In this document: positions 21,305-32,166 of the stretch, one piece after another
Layout of the letters: each line of letters starts with the position of its first letter
Position numbering within the stretch: the stretch's first letter is position 1
Assembly (NCBI GenBank): GCA_050295975.1
Contig: JBNKQR010000001.1
Span: forward strand, 17,335 to 81,334
Length of the DNA: 64,000 nt
Origin: Thiohalomonadaceae bacterium
GTDB taxonomy: Bacteria > Pseudomonadota > Gammaproteobacteria > Thiohalomonadales > Thiohalomonadaceae
Direction of reading: 5' to 3'
Translations under genes and position numbers: made by a program
Notes under the pieces: model-generated
Databases searched by the model: none
Seen by the model: the letters and a program-made list of their open reading frames with translations, nothing else
What the model was told of the DNA's origin: nothing

Positions 21305-21320
21305 CAGAAAAGATTTTCTG
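21305..21320. promoter_or_regulatory. palindrome CAGAAAA-GA-TTTTCTG in the gshB/pilG divergent region
   Basis: Perfect 7-nt arms. An extra CAGAAAA half-site lies at 21269-21275. No known regulator can be assigned. Confidence 0.3.
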
Positions 21321-21454
21321 CGGGGAATAGTCCCTTATATACCATGAGGTTATGGATAAAAGTTAAAGTTTGTGTTAAATATCGCTGGCAGTTCTATGCT
21401 TAGATGAGCAAATTAGATGTTAACCGTGGTTAAACAATAGAGGGCGGGGATTAC

Positions 21455-21859
21455 GTGACTAGTGACGCGGCGGCAAGCGTGCAGGGCCTCAAGGTCATGG
21501 TGATTGACGATAGTAAGACCATCCGGCGGACGGCCGAAACCCTGTTGAAGAAAGAGGGTTGTGATGTGATCACCGCAAATGATGGTTATGAGGCATTGGC
21601 AAAAATCGCTGATAACAAGCCGGACATAATCTTTGTAGACATCATGATGCCGAGGCTGGATGGCTATCAGACCTGCGCGCTTATCAAGCACAACCAGAAA
21701 TTCCGCAATACCCCCGTAATTATGCTCTCGAGTAAAGATGGCCTGTTTGATCGGGCCAGGGGTCGTATCGTCGGGTCAGAGCAGTATCTGACCAAACCAT
21801 TTACCAAGGAAGAGTTACTGGATGCGATTTTGGTGCATGCCAAGCGTAACGCTTCCTGA
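21455..21859 (+). CDS. pilG: twitching-motility response regulator PilG (CheY-like)
   Basis: Single REC domain with a PilG-like C-terminus (YLTKPFTKEELLDAI). GTG start. Confidence 0.92.
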   Translation: MTSDAAASVQGLKVMVIDDSKTIRRTAETLLKKEGCDVITANDGYEALAKIADNKPDIIFVDIMMPRLDGYQTCALIKHNQKFRNTPVIMLSSKDGLFDRARGRIVGSEQYLTKPFTKEELLDAILVHAKRNAS

Positions 21860-21930
21860 ATTATAGAAAGCAGTGAGGCAGGGGAAACCAGCCTCGAGTT
21901 GTTAACAAAGAATCTCAGGAGAATTGAGCA

Positions 21931-22290
21931 ATGGCGCAAATCTTGATTGTGGATGACTCGCCGACCGAGGTACACATCCTCTCATCCATGCTGGAGAAAG
22001 GGGGGCACACAGTAGTTACTGCGTCGAATGGGGAAGAGGGTATTGCCCAGGCCAAGTCAATTAAGCCTGATCTCATTCTGATGGATGTGGTTATGCCCGG
22101 CATGAATGGTTTTCAGGCCACACGCCAGCTGACTAAGGACGCGGAGACGGCAGAGATACCAATCATTATCGTTACCACCAAGGATCAGGAGACTGATCGG
22201 GTGTGGGGCTTGCGTCAGGGTGCCAAGGACTACGTCACCAAACCAATTGAAGAAGCGGTATTGAGCGAAAAGATCAACGCACTTCTCTAA
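21931..22290 (+). CDS. pilH: response regulator PilH (CheY-like)
   Basis: Single REC domain of 119 aa, second in the cluster. Confidence 0.9.
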   Translation: MAQILIVDDSPTEVHILSSMLEKGGHTVVTASNGEEGIAQAKSIKPDLILMDVVMPGMNGFQATRQLTKDAETAEIPIIIVTTKDQETDRVWGLRQGAKDYVTKPIEEAVLSEKINALL

Positions 22291-22309
22291 ATATATCGGA
22301 TTTAGCAAA

Positions 22310-22855
22310 GTGAGTAGCGAGAATAAGCAACCACCCATTCTGGTCCTCTACCAACTGGATCAGCGCAGTAAAGCGTATGCGCACAGTTTGCCGCAGCAGT
22401 TGGAGGTTAAATCCACCTGGGATGGCATCGGCTTTCGGTTGGGCGAATTCACCGTACTTGCGCCAATGGAGCAGGTGGGAGAGATCCTTACCGTTAGTGG
22501 CATCAGCCGTATTCCCGGGGCCAAGGAGTGGGTCAGAGGGATCGCCAATGTGCGCGGTAACTTGCTGCCGATCCTCGATCTTCCCGGTTTTGTTTTTGGC
22601 AAGGTCGGCAAGATGACCCGCAAAAGTCGGGTTCTGGTGATGCAGTATCAGGGAATATTTGCCGGTCTTGTGGTGGATGAGGTGCTCGGTATGCGCCACT
22701 TCCTCGAAGAGGAGTTCAGTGAAGATGTGGCGTCACTGGACAAGTCAATTCAGCCGTTTTTAACCGGCTCGCTGCGTCAGCGTGGTGAGGTGTGGGGTGT
22801 TTTCGATATCTATCAACTGGTGGAACGCCCGGAATTTATGCAGGTAGCTGCCTGA
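22310..22855 (+). CDS. pilI: CheW-like coupling protein PilI
   Basis: CheW domain (IANVRGNLLPILDL). Confidence 0.85.
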   Translation: MSSENKQPPILVLYQLDQRSKAYAHSLPQQLEVKSTWDGIGFRLGEFTVLAPMEQVGEILTVSGISRIPGAKEWVRGIANVRGNLLPILDLPGFVFGKVGKMTRKSRVLVMQYQGIFAGLVVDEVLGMRHFLEEEFSEDVASLDKSIQPFLTGSLRQRGEVWGVFDIYQLVERPEFMQVAA

Positions 22856-22925
22856 GCGGAACTAAATCCGGCCAGGGCGGTTGTCCATTTCAGATATGTA
22901 GGGAATTGAGTCAGGAGACGAGAAG

Positions 22926-25010
22926 ATGAAGTTACCGTTAGTCTCAGCGAAGAAAGCGCCAGCTAAAGGGGCCGCCAAGGACAAAGCGGCCGAAGGTAAT
23001 CAATGGTTAGGTGTTGTGATCTTCCTGCTGCTGGGTGCGGTGGTGATGATGGCCATCGTTTACTCTATGGTTGCCATTCAGGCTGGATACGACAAGGAGT
23101 ATCTCGGTCTGCTCGGTGAGCAGCGAGTGCTGTCACAGCGGATCTCGAAATTTGCCGGTCAGGCAAACCGTGGTCAGCCGGTCACCTTTGACCAGTTGAA
23201 GAAATATCGCGACGAATTCGACCACAACTTGCGACTGCTCCGTGCGGGTAACCCTGATACCGGGATGCCACCCTCCTCGAATAATGAGGTCCTGGATAAA
23301 CTCTCTACAGTGGTGCGCCACTGGAAACACTACAACGACAACGTCACCGTTATTGTAAATGCGCGTGATGTGGTTGTTACCCTGCGAGAAATCGTTCGTC
23401 TGATTAACGATAGCTCTCCACAGTTACTGGCACTGACCGATGAGGTGGCAACCTTGATGGCCCAAAAGGGGGCCAAGGCTGACCAGGTCTATATTGCCAG
23501 CCGACAGTTGATGTTGAGTCAACGCATCATTAACAACGTAAACCGAGTACTGGAAGGTGGCGAAGGTGCGGTAACCGCGGCAGACCGCTTTGGTCGTGAT
23601 GCGGCACTTTATGGTCGTGTGTTGCGTGGTTTCCTTAATGGGGACCGGACCCTCAAGATTGATCGCGTTTATGACAAGCAAGTACTGAGTCGTATTGCAG
23701 AAGCCAGCGACCTGTTCGACATGATCGGCAAGCAGGTGAGCGGAATCCTCGAGCGCAGTCCAGAGATGTTCCAGGTTTCCGAGGCGGTACAGCGAGTACT
23801 CACCGATTCCGATGGACTGCTTGATGCACTCTCCGAGTACGAAAGTACCTATCAGCAAGAGATCGACAATCGCTGGTTTACCTCCATGGTAGGCAACCTG
23901 TTTGCACTGGCTTCGGTTGGTCTGCTGCTCGGTCTGGGTTTTGCACTCAGAGGTGATGGTGAGCGTCGCCTGCAAAGTATCGAATCGCAGCGTCTTGCGA
24001 CCGAAGAGCAGAATCGTCGTAGTCAGCAGGCGATCATGCGCCTGCTTGATGAAATGGGCGATCTTGCTGACGGTGACCTTACCGTAAACGCCACGGTAAC
24101 TGAAGACATTACCGGCGCTATCGCAGACTCAATGAACTTTACCATCGATGCGCTACGTAGCCTGGTAACTGCGATCAACGACACCGCTTCGCAGGTAACC
24201 TCGGCGGCGGAGAAATCCCAGGCCACGGCGAACCATCTGGCCGAGGCGAGTAACCACCAGGCGCAACAGATCGCCTCCGCCAGTACTGCGGTTAACGAAA
24301 TGGCGAACTCCATCGAAGGTGTATCGCGAAACGCTGACCAGCTGGCGGAAGAGTCGCAGCGCTCGGTTAATATCGCCAAGGAAGGAGCAGAGGCGGTACA
24401 GAAAACCATCAACGGTATGGATGTTATCCGCCAGCAGATCCAGGAGACCTCAAAACGAATCAAGCGACTGGGTGAATCCTCCCAGGAGATCGGGGACATC
24501 GTTGAACTGATTAACGACATCGCAGAACAGACCAACGTACTGGCGTTGAATGCGGCGATTCAGGCGGCGATGGCCGGTGAAGCAGGTCGAGGCTTCGCGG
24601 TGGTTGCGGACGAGGTAACCCGTCTTGCGGAGCGCTCTTCTGACGCGACCAAACAGATTGAAGCACTGGTAAAAACTATCCAGACCGATACCAACGAAGC
24701 GGTTATCTCAATGGAACAGAGTACCTCCGGGGTAGTTGCCGGGGCACGTCTGGCCGAGGATGCCGGTTCTGCGCTAGGTGAGATTGAAAGCGTGGCGGCC
24801 AACCTGGCGGAACTGGTACACAGCATCACCAACGCCACCCGCCAACAGGCAACGGCGGCGGCAGGCATCTCCGATACCATGAATGTTATCCAGGAGATCA
24901 CCACGCAGACATCGGAGGGTACCAAACAGACAGCTTCTTCTATCGGTAATCTGGCTGAACTGGCCAACGAGCTGAAGCTTTCTGTATCCGGTTTCAAACT
25001 ACCAGGCTAA
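22926..25010 (+). CDS. pilJ: methyl-accepting chemotaxis protein PilJ
   Basis: N-terminal TM segment, PilJ-type periplasmic domain and HAMP. Conserved MCP hairpin ([33 protein letters not shown]). Confidence 0.92.
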   Translation: MKLPLVSAKKAPAKGAAKDKAAEGNQWLGVVIFLLLGAVVMMAIVYSMVAIQAGYDKEYLGLLGEQRVLSQRISKFAGQANRGQPVTFDQLKKYRDEFDHNLRLLRAGNPDTGMPPSSNNEVLDKLSTVVRHWKHYNDNVTVIVNARDVVVTLREIVRLINDSSPQLLALTDEVATLMAQKGAKADQVYIASRQLMLSQRIINNVNRVLEGGEGAVTAADRFGRDAALYGRVLRGFLNGDRTLKIDRVYDKQVLSRIAEASDLFDMIGKQVSGILERSPEMFQVSEAVQRVLTDSDGLLDALSEYESTYQQEIDNRWFTSMVGNLFALASVGLLLGLGFALRGDGERRLQSIESQRLATEEQNRRSQQAIMRLLDEMGDLADGDLTVNATVTEDITGAIADSMNFTIDALRSLVTAINDTASQVTSAAEKSQATANHLAEASNHQAQQIASASTAVNEMANSIEGVSRNADQLAEESQRSVNIAKEGAEAVQKTINGMDVIRQQIQETSKRIKRLGESSQEIGDIVELINDIAEQTNVLALNAAIQAAMAGEAGRGFAVVADEVTRLAERSSDATKQIEALVKTIQTDTNEAVISMEQSTSGVVAGARLAEDAGSALGEIESVAANLAELVHSITNATRQQATAAAGISDTMNVIQEITTQTSEGTKQTASSIGNLAELANELKLSVSGFKLPG

Positions 25011-25111
25011 TACGGTCATACGGGAAATGATGTTGCTAACGATGGAAGCGTATCCGGCTGATCGATACAACGGTATCGCAGAAATGCTGAAGGACGAAAG
25101 GCACATTTAAG

Positions 25112-28100
25112 ATGCAGATTGCCGATCAGTTTGATATCAGCACTCTTGCCTGGATAAAGGGCGAGATCGACGAGACCCTTAAGCAGGCGCGTGCCGAGCT
25201 TGAGGCATTTGTCGACGAGCCGGAAAATGATGAACATATCCAAGCCTGCGTTGAACATATTCACCAGGTCTACGGTACTCTGCAAATGGTCGAGCTATAT
25301 GGCGCGGCGATGTTTGCTGAGGAGATGGAGACCTTTACTGCTTCGCTGAAAGATCATAGCGGTGATGAGCAGAGCTACGAAATGTTGATGCGGGCAATAC
25401 TGCAATTGCCCGATTATCTGGAAAGTCTGTTGGCTGGTAAGGCAGACAACCCCACGATACTGCTACCGATACTGAATGAATTACGTCAGCACCGTGGTGA
25501 TACGGAGCTGAACAGCGCCGAGTTTTTCCACCCCAATCTTGGTATCTCTCCACCTCCCAGAATGACCGAGCCACCGACGGGTGTCGACAGTATTTTTGCG
25601 GCTAACAGGTTGCACCGTTTCTTTATGTCTTCGCTGGTCAAAATTTTGAAGGCCATCGGGGTGCCCGGTTATCTCGGTATCCTCGAAAAAGCGGTTAGCA
25701 AATTATACGACATCGCCGAAGGCGACCCATGGAGACGACTGACCTGGGTAGCCAGTGCATTTGTCGAGGCGCTGGGCGACAAGAGCATCCCACTCGATAA
25801 GGAAAGCAAGCCTCTGCTCGGTAAGCTAGAGCAACAGGTAAAGCGGATTGCTACTGATGGTGAGGCGGGTCTTGATGATGAAGTAGCGGAGAAGCTGCTG
25901 CGCAATATGCTGTTCCTGCTAGCCCATTCCGGATCGAATGGTAAACGGGCGGCACAGGTAAGACTTGCCTTCGATCTTGATCGTTATATTCCCGGAAGTG
26001 ATGCCAACATTGGCGGTCTGAATGCGGAACTGAAGCGTACCGTCGCGGCAGACATTATGGAGGAGTTGAATCAGGTTAAGGACTCCTTTGATGTCTTTGT
26101 GCGTAGTGATCGTAGCAATCCACAAAGTCTTGAGCCGCTGGCTGAAAGTCTGGAGCGGATCGGTGAAACACTCAGTCTGTTGCAGCAGGATGCACTGCGT
26201 GAATCGTTGAAGCAGCAACTTACGGTAATCAATCAGCTGGTCTCTGGAGAGATCGAGACCAGTGACGACACCCTGATGGGCATTGCGGGAGCAGTTCTGG
26301 CGGTTGAGTCGGCACTTGGCGATTGGGGGCACACCATGCCGGTGGTCGAGGCAGATGTCGGTGGTGATCAGGTTGATGATGCGTCTAGTACCCCGCAAGC
26401 AGAAGCCGAGCATCAGCGGGTAACCCGCCAGGTAATGAAAGAGTCCAAGGACGATCTGGTACGGGTTCGTGAGGCTATCAATGCCTACCTTGATTCACCC
26501 CACGACAAAAATTTGCTCAAGCACCTGCCGCAAATGCTGCACCTGATTGTAGGCAGCCTCAACATGCTCTCCTACAAGCGTGTCGCGCAGGTATTGTTAT
26601 CTACACGTGCCTATGTAGAAGCTGAACTGATCGGCAAGGAAGGTATGCCAGAGCAGGAAAAACTCGATGCGCTGGCCGACGCGATTATGAGTGTCGAGTA
26701 TTACCTTGAGGCCTTCATTAATAGCCGGGTACACCCCAGTTCTGTTCTCGATGTTGCAGAAAATGCGGTCGCCCTGCTCGGTTTCCCCATCGGTACAGTG
26801 AAGGGTGCAGTTGCCGATGAGCATGAAGCACCTGAACTTGATGGCTTTGAAGTAATTGAGAACAATGAAACCCCTACGCAACCAGAGAGTGTTGCTGAAG
26901 GCAATATTGTCGAAGAGGATTTCAGCGATACCCTGGATCTGTCAGAGCTAGAGATGCCTGCAGCTGCTCAGCCCGCTGTATCCGGTACACCAGTAAGTGG
27001 CGAAGTAGATGAAGAGATTCTCGAAATCTTCATTGAAGAGGCTGAGGAGGAGCTGGAAAACATTCGCCAACTATTGCCTGCCTGGATGGACAACCCGGCT
27101 GACGAAGAAAGCCTGAAAAATTTGCGCCGCTCCTTCCATACCCTGAAAGGCAGCGGACGTCTGGTTGGTGCTCTGGATTTGGGTGAGTTTGCCTGGGCCT
27201 ATGAAAATATGCTTAACCGGGTTATTGAAGGGAACGTCAGCCATAGCACAGCAATGTTTGATCTTCTGCAACAGGGCATCGAGGTCCTGCCGGAATTGAT
27301 CGAGCAGTTCCGTAGTGGTACCACACCACAAGGTGACATTGAGATGTTGCGCGAAATGGCCACGGCCCTGGCAGAACCAGATGCTAACGAAACGGCCAAC
27401 GCGCAACCTGTTCCAATATCAGCCCCGGCAAATACAGAACTACCGCAGTTGGAACCGGCGCTCTTGGAGGTTTATTCCAAGGAGGCAGAAAGTCACCTGC
27501 AGTCGATTACTGATTACATTGCAGAGTGGCGTGAAGGTGGAAGTCATAAACCATCAGAACCGTTATTACGCGCCTTGCATACCTTGAAGGGTAGTTCCCG
27601 TATGGCGGGGGTGATGGGGATTGCCGAAATCTGTGAGCTGCTGGAGAAATACGGTAAAACCCTGCAGGCCAATCATCATGGTGTTGACGAACAGGGGATC
27701 AACGCATTAATGGCAGCCGATGATTATGCGCGCAAGGTATTGGCGTGTCTTCTTGCCGGTGAACACACCGATGCGCCTTCGGAAAAACCAGTACTGAAGC
27801 TGGCTCAGGCGGTATTTGCCGAGGTGCAGCACCTTGAGCATATTGCCGATGAACAACCTGAAGTTGGATTGGCTGCGGTTGATGAGGATACCGAGACCTC
27901 TCCCACCGAAGCAGCGATGGATGCAGATGCAGTCGCGATGGAAGAGCTGGAGGCGGCCCCCGAGCCTGCCACGGTAGAAGAGTCCATTACCATTGACTCA
28001 TTAGAAGATATTGATCTGGATGATTGGCAACTGGGTGAGGCACTTGCGCCAACACAGGAAGCCGCTCCCGAGCCGGTTGAGGACGATTACGATCATGAAC

Positions 28101-30913
28101 TACTGGATATTTTCCTCGAAGAGGGGACGGATATTCTCGATAGTAGTGAAGAGACACTGCAGGCCTGGGTAGATAATCCTGATGACAAAAGCCAGGTGGA
28201 AAGTTTGCAGCGTCAACTGCACACCCTGAAAGGTGGAGCACGGATGGCCGGTATCAGTGCCATCGGTGACCTGAGCCATAGTCTTGAATCAACATTTGAG
28301 GCCGTTGTTGAGGGACAACTGCAACGCACACCCGAGATGATCGACCTGTTGCAACTCTCCCATGACCGCTTGGTTACGATGCTGGAGCAAGTACGAAAAC
28401 ATGAGCCGGTGACTCCGGCCACAGATCTCATTGAGAAGGTTGCCATTCTTGCGCAGAGTGAGGGTGTTGAACTTGTAAAAGAGCCTGAAGAAAAGACAGA
28501 AAGCGGAGAGAGTGCCGCTGAGATGTCATTTGAACCGCTTGATGACTCTGTAACAGACACTAGTAGTAGTGAGATCGATGCTCAACTTGAACTCTCCATC
28601 ACCGAAGTTGAATTGAGCTACGGAAACTGGCTGCGGGATATTGATGACCGTAAGGGTTTCGAAGAACTCTATCGTAGTGCAATGGCGCTGGTAGCACAGT
28701 GTAATGAGAGTGAGCCATCTGAATTGTCAGGTGTTGCCGCTTCACTGGAGCGTCTGCTCGCTGGGATTATGGATGGACACGTTCCGGTATCGAAGCATGC
28801 GAGTGACCTGATGACTCGTGTTATGGAACAGTTGCGTCGCATGACCATACAGCACAGCCAGAATCTTCCTGTGGACGAAGGTACTGAACTGATTTCCGAA
28901 ATTGATTCGCTGATTACCTTCAGTCTTGCAGAAGAAAAAGTGGCAACGGGTGAGTTAGCAAGCAATGACGATGAAGCCGCTGTTACCATGGAAGATGGTG
29001 AGCGTGAATCAGTTGATGAAGAGGTTAAATGGAAGAGAGTAGCACCTACTGCTGATGATTCAGACAAGCGCCAGGGACCACGTATACAGCATGAAATGGT
29101 TCGCGTGCGCTCAGACTTGCTGGATAATCTGGTTAACTATGCCGGTGAAGTAAGTATCTACCGTTCACGGGTTGAGCAGCAGATCGGTTCTTTCCGCTCA
29201 AACATCGGTGAGATGGATCGTACAGTCGAGCGCCTGCATGAACAGGTGCGCGCATTTGAAATCGAAAACGAAGCGCAGATCGAGTCACGTCGCGAAGAGG
29301 CAGAGAAGCAACAGGAGGATTTCGATCCTCTGGAGATGGATCGCTTCACACACATGCAGCAATTGTCGCGCTCTATGTCAGAGAGTCTTAGTGACCTGCT
29401 AAGCATTGAGGATATGCTTTCCGGTCTTGTGCGTGAGAGTGAAACCCTGTTGCTGCAACAGTCTCGGGTAAATACCGAACTACACGAAAACTTGATGCAC
29501 ACCCGTATGGTGCCATTGGTCGACAATGCTCCACGCCTGCGTCGTATTGTGCGCCAGACTGCCTCGGAGTTGGGTAAGCGGGTAGCACTGAAATTCGAAG
29601 GTGCCGAAGTAGAAATGGACCGTAATGTGGTTGAGCGGATGATGGCTCCGCTGGAACACATGATACGTAACTCCATCGCCCACGGTATCGAGGACGAAGA
29701 AACACGCAAGAAAGCAGGTAAGCCAGCAAGTGGAACTATCAATATTGCTATGGCACGTGAAGGTTCAGAGATCGTAATAAAGGTTAGCGATGATGGTGCA
29801 GGTATTGATGCCGAGGCAGTAAAAAAGAAGGCGATAGCACGCGGTATGATGGCGAAGGATGCTGTTCTCAGCGATAGGGAGATCCTCCTGTTTATCCTTG
29901 AATCAGGCTTCTCCACTGCTCAATCACTGAGCCAGATCGCCGGTCGTGGTGTTGGTATGGACGTGGTCCACAGCGAGATCAAACAACTCGGCGGTGTACT
30001 GGATATAGAAAGTACACCGGGTAGCGGTGCTACCTTTACCCTGCGTATTCCGCTCACACTTGCGGTCAGTCGTTCACTTCTGGTCCATGTCGGTGATGAT
30101 ACCTATGCGATACCTCTCCTTAGTGTTAACGGTATTGAACGAATGGAAACTGGGGAACTTGAGAAGTTACTCTCCAGTGAAGAGCCTACCCTTAACTGGC
30201 TAGGCGAAGAGTATGACCTGATGCATTTGACCAACGTATTAGGCATCGGTCAGGGTGTACTCAACAAAGAATTACCAAGGCAACCACTATTGATGGCACG
30301 AAGCGGTCAGCACCGCATTGCCTTTGCGGTAGACCATCTGGTGGGGAGTCGTGAAATCGTTATCAAATCGCTTGGTTCCCAGTTGAGTACGTTGCAGGAT
30401 ATTGCCGGTGCCACTATTCTTGCTGACGGCAGTGTGGCGTTGATCATTGATATGCCCTCTTTGATTCGCCGCGGCATGGCGCACAAGAGTCGTGGTGAGG
30501 TGGTTTCTGTTGCCACGGTTACTGAAGCGGCTAAAGAACCTCTGATTATGGTGGTGGATGATTCCATCACTGTGCGCAAAGTCACCGAACGTTTGCTGAA
30601 GAGGCATAATATGCGCTGCATTACCGCTCGTGATGGTGTGGATGCGCTGGCAATGCTTGAGGAACAGATTCCTGACGTGATGTTGCTGGATATCGAAATG
30701 CCACGTATGGATGGTTTCGAATTGGCTACCCATATGCGTAACTCTGAGCGGTTCCGCGATGTACCTATTATAATGATTACATCGCGTACCGGTGACAAGC
30801 ACCGCCAGCGGGCTATGGATATCGGTGTAAACAATTACATGGGTAAACCTTATACTGAGGTGGACTTGCTGGAGAATATCGAAGGCCTGATGGAAAAATC
30901 CTCGGTTGAATAA
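25112..30913 (+). CDS. chpA: ChpA/PilL hybrid histidine kinase (multi-Hpt CheA-like, with CheW and C-terminal REC domains)
   Basis: 1933 aa. Repeated Hpt motifs FHTLKGSGR, LHTLKGSSR and LHTLKGGAR plus a degenerate N-terminal one. HATPase motif (HMIRNSIAHGIE). CheW-like segment and terminal REC domain (LLDIEMPRMDG). Confidence 0.92.
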   Translation: MQIADQFDISTLAWIKGEIDETLKQARAELEAFVDEPENDEHIQACVEHIHQVYGTLQMVELYGAAMFAEEMETFTASLKDHSGDEQSYEMLMRAILQLPDYLESLLAGKADNPTILLPILNELRQHRGDTELNSAEFFHPNLGISPPPRMTEPPTGVDSIFAANRLHRFFMSSLVKILKAIGVPGYLGILEKAVSKLYDIAEGDPWRRLTWVASAFVEALGDKSIPLDKESKPLLGKLEQQVKRIATDGEAGLDDEVAEKLLRNMLFLLAHSGSNGKRAAQVRLAFDLDRYIPGSDANIGGLNAELKRTVAADIMEELNQVKDSFDVFVRSDRSNPQSLEPLAESLERIGETLSLLQQDALRESLKQQLTVINQLVSGEIETSDDTLMGIAGAVLAVESALGDWGHTMPVVEADVGGDQVDDASSTPQAEAEHQRVTRQVMKESKDDLVRVREAINAYLDSPHDKNLLKHLPQMLHLIVGSLNMLSYKRVAQVLLSTRAYVEAELIGKEGMPEQEKLDALADAIMSVEYYLEAFINSRVHPSSVLDVAENAVALLGFPIGTVKGAVADEHEAPELDGFEVIENNETPTQPESVAEGNIVEEDFSDTLDLSELEMPAAAQPAVSGTPVSGEVDEEILEIFIEEAEEELENIRQLLPAWMDNPADEESLKNLRRSFHTLKGSGRLVGALDLGEFAWAYENMLNRVIEGNVSHSTAMFDLLQQGIEVLPELIEQFRSGTTPQGDIEMLREMATALAEPDANETANAQPVPISAPANTELPQLEPALLEVYSKEAESHLQSITDYIAEWREGGSHKPSEPLLRALHTLKGSSRMAGVMGIAEICELLEKYGKTLQANHHGVDEQGINALMAADDYARKVLACLLAGEHTDAPSEKPVLKLAQAVFAEVQHLEHIADEQPEVGLAAVDEDTETSPTEAAMDADAVAMEELEAAPEPATVEESITIDSLEDIDLDDWQLGEALAPTQEAAPEPVEDDYDHELLDIFLEEGTDILDSSEETLQAWVDNPDDKSQVESLQRQLHTLKGGARMAGISAIGDLSHSLESTFEAVVEGQLQRTPEMIDLLQLSHDRLVTMLEQVRKHEPVTPATDLIEKVAILAQSEGVELVKEPEEKTESGESAAEMSFEPLDDSVTDTSSSEIDAQLELSITEVELSYGNWLRDIDDRKGFEELYRSAMALVAQCNESEPSELSGVAASLERLLAGIMDGHVPVSKHASDLMTRVMEQLRRMTIQHSQNLPVDEGTELISEIDSLITFSLAEEKVATGELASNDDEAAVTMEDGERESVDEEVKWKRVAPTADDSDKRQGPRIQHEMVRVRSDLLDNLVNYAGEVSIYRSRVEQQIGSFRSNIGEMDRTVERLHEQVRAFEIENEAQIESRREEAEKQQEDFDPLEMDRFTHMQQLSRSMSESLSDLLSIEDMLSGLVRESETLLLQQSRVNTELHENLMHTRMVPLVDNAPRLRRIVRQTASELGKRVALKFEGAEVEMDRNVVERMMAPLEHMIRNSIAHGIEDEETRKKAGKPASGTINIAMAREGSEIVIKVSDDGAGIDAEAVKKKAIARGMMAKDAVLSDREILLFILESGFSTAQSLSQIAGRGVGMDVVHSEIKQLGGVLDIESTPGSGATFTLRIPLTLAVSRSLLVHVGDDTYAIPLLSVNGIERMETGELEKLLSSEEPTLNWLGEEYDLMHLTNVLGIGQGVLNKELPRQPLLMARSGQHRIAFAVDHLVGSREIVIKSLGSQLSTLQDIAGATILADGSVALIIDMPSLIRRGMAHKSRGEVVSVATVTEAAKEPLIMVVDDSITVRKVTERLLKRHNMRCITARDGVDALAMLEEQIPDVMLLDIEMPRMDGFELATHMRNSERFRDVPIIMITSRTGDKHRQRAMDIGVNNYMGKPYTEVDLLENIEGLMEKSSVE

Positions 30914-30931
30914 GGTACGATAAGGTCAATT

Positions 30932-31438
30932 ATGGCGAGTGCAACAGACAATAAGCTTACCGCAGAAATGGTCACCGAGATGGTGGTGCGTTGTCTGGTG
31001 CTGCCGCTTAATAATACTTCCCTGCTGGTGCCGAACACCATGGTAGCGGAGGTTATAGACTACAGGGCAACAGAAGCCGCCGGTCAGACACCTGAGTGGT
31101 TGACTGGCTTACTTTCATGGCGTGGAAGAAGTGTACCGGTGATCTCATTTGAGCGTCTGGTTGGTCGACAGACATCATTATTGAATGAAGGTCGTCGTTA
31201 TGTAATATGTAATACGGTGAATCCTGAATCACGCATACCATTTATCGCGCTTGAGGTGCAGGGTATTCCCCACCTGGTGATGGTGAATAATGAAATGCTT
31301 GAGCATGATGGCAGGAGTAATCAGGCAGAGCCCGCGGTGCTTGCTCATTTGCGCCTTAATGAAGAGAGTATGCTGGTACCAAATATGGACGTCCTGGAAA
31401 AGATGCTGGTGCATCTTGGGATCGCCGCAAACAGATAG
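30932..31438 (+). CDS. chpC: CheW-like protein (ChpC-type)
   Basis: CheW-domain pattern directly after chpA. More divergent than PilI. Confidence 0.7.
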   Translation: MASATDNKLTAEMVTEMVVRCLVLPLNNTSLLVPNTMVAEVIDYRATEAAGQTPEWLTGLLSWRGRSVPVISFERLVGRQTSLLNEGRRYVICNTVNPESRIPFIALEVQGIPHLVMVNNEMLEHDGRSNQAEPAVLAHLRLNEESMLVPNMDVLEKMLVHLGIAANR

Positions 31439-31471
31439 TAGATCTTGGGGGATAGTGTTGTGTTGAATAAA

Positions 31472-32158
31472 ATGGTTATTGTACGTTGCGCCATCGGCGG
31501 TTTCTCCGGACTTCTTCTGCTTGCGACATCGGCGATATATGCGGCTGAAACTAGCTCCCAGGTGAGTGAACGAGACCGGTTGATGGCAGAGATAAATAAG
31601 GATATACACGACGATGGCGCCCATCAGGCGGCGATTGCCGCCGGTAAGGAACGTTCAGTGTTGTGCAGCAATTGCCACGGAGTGGATGGTAACAGCGTCA
31701 AAGGCGACATCCCCAATTTGGCGGCACAAAACCCGGCCTATATCATTGAACAGATCGACAAATTCCAGACCGGCGCGCGCAAGAACTTTGTGATGCAAAC
31801 GCTGGCAGGGATTTTTACCTTTAAAGACAAGGTCAACCTGGCGGTCTATTACACCTCACAGAAGGTAAAACCTCAGGGCTTTGATGCACGATTGGCTGAT
31901 AAAGGAAAACAAATCTATCGGAATGTCTGTTTTCGTTGCCATGGAGAAAACGGTAAAGGTGAAGAGGGTTATGCCCGACTGGCCGGACAAAAGATAGATT
32001 ACGTGAAGATGACGCTGAAACGTTTCCGTGCCAATGCCACCCAGACAGCTGATGCGTACGACATCAAACGTACCAACGTCAACATGGAACAGGTTACGGT
32101 GTTTCTTACGGACGAAGACATTGATGGCCTGGCAAACTACATTGCCAGCTTAAGATAA
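31472..32158 (+). CDS. dihaem cytochrome c4-family protein
   Basis: Trimmed to ATG 31472. Signal peptide, two CXXCH sites (CSNCH, CFRCH) and PNLAAQ / RLAGQ c4-type motifs. Confidence 0.85.
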   Translation: MVIVRCAIGGFSGLLLLATSAIYAAETSSQVSERDRLMAEINKDIHDDGAHQAAIAAGKERSVLCSNCHGVDGNSVKGDIPNLAAQNPAYIIEQIDKFQTGARKNFVMQTLAGIFTFKDKVNLAVYYTSQKVKPQGFDARLADKGKQIYRNVCFRCHGENGKGEEGYARLAGQKIDYVKMTLKRFRANATQTADAYDIKRTNVNMEQVTVFLTDEDIDGLANYIASLR

Positions 32159-32166
32159 TCTGAGCC

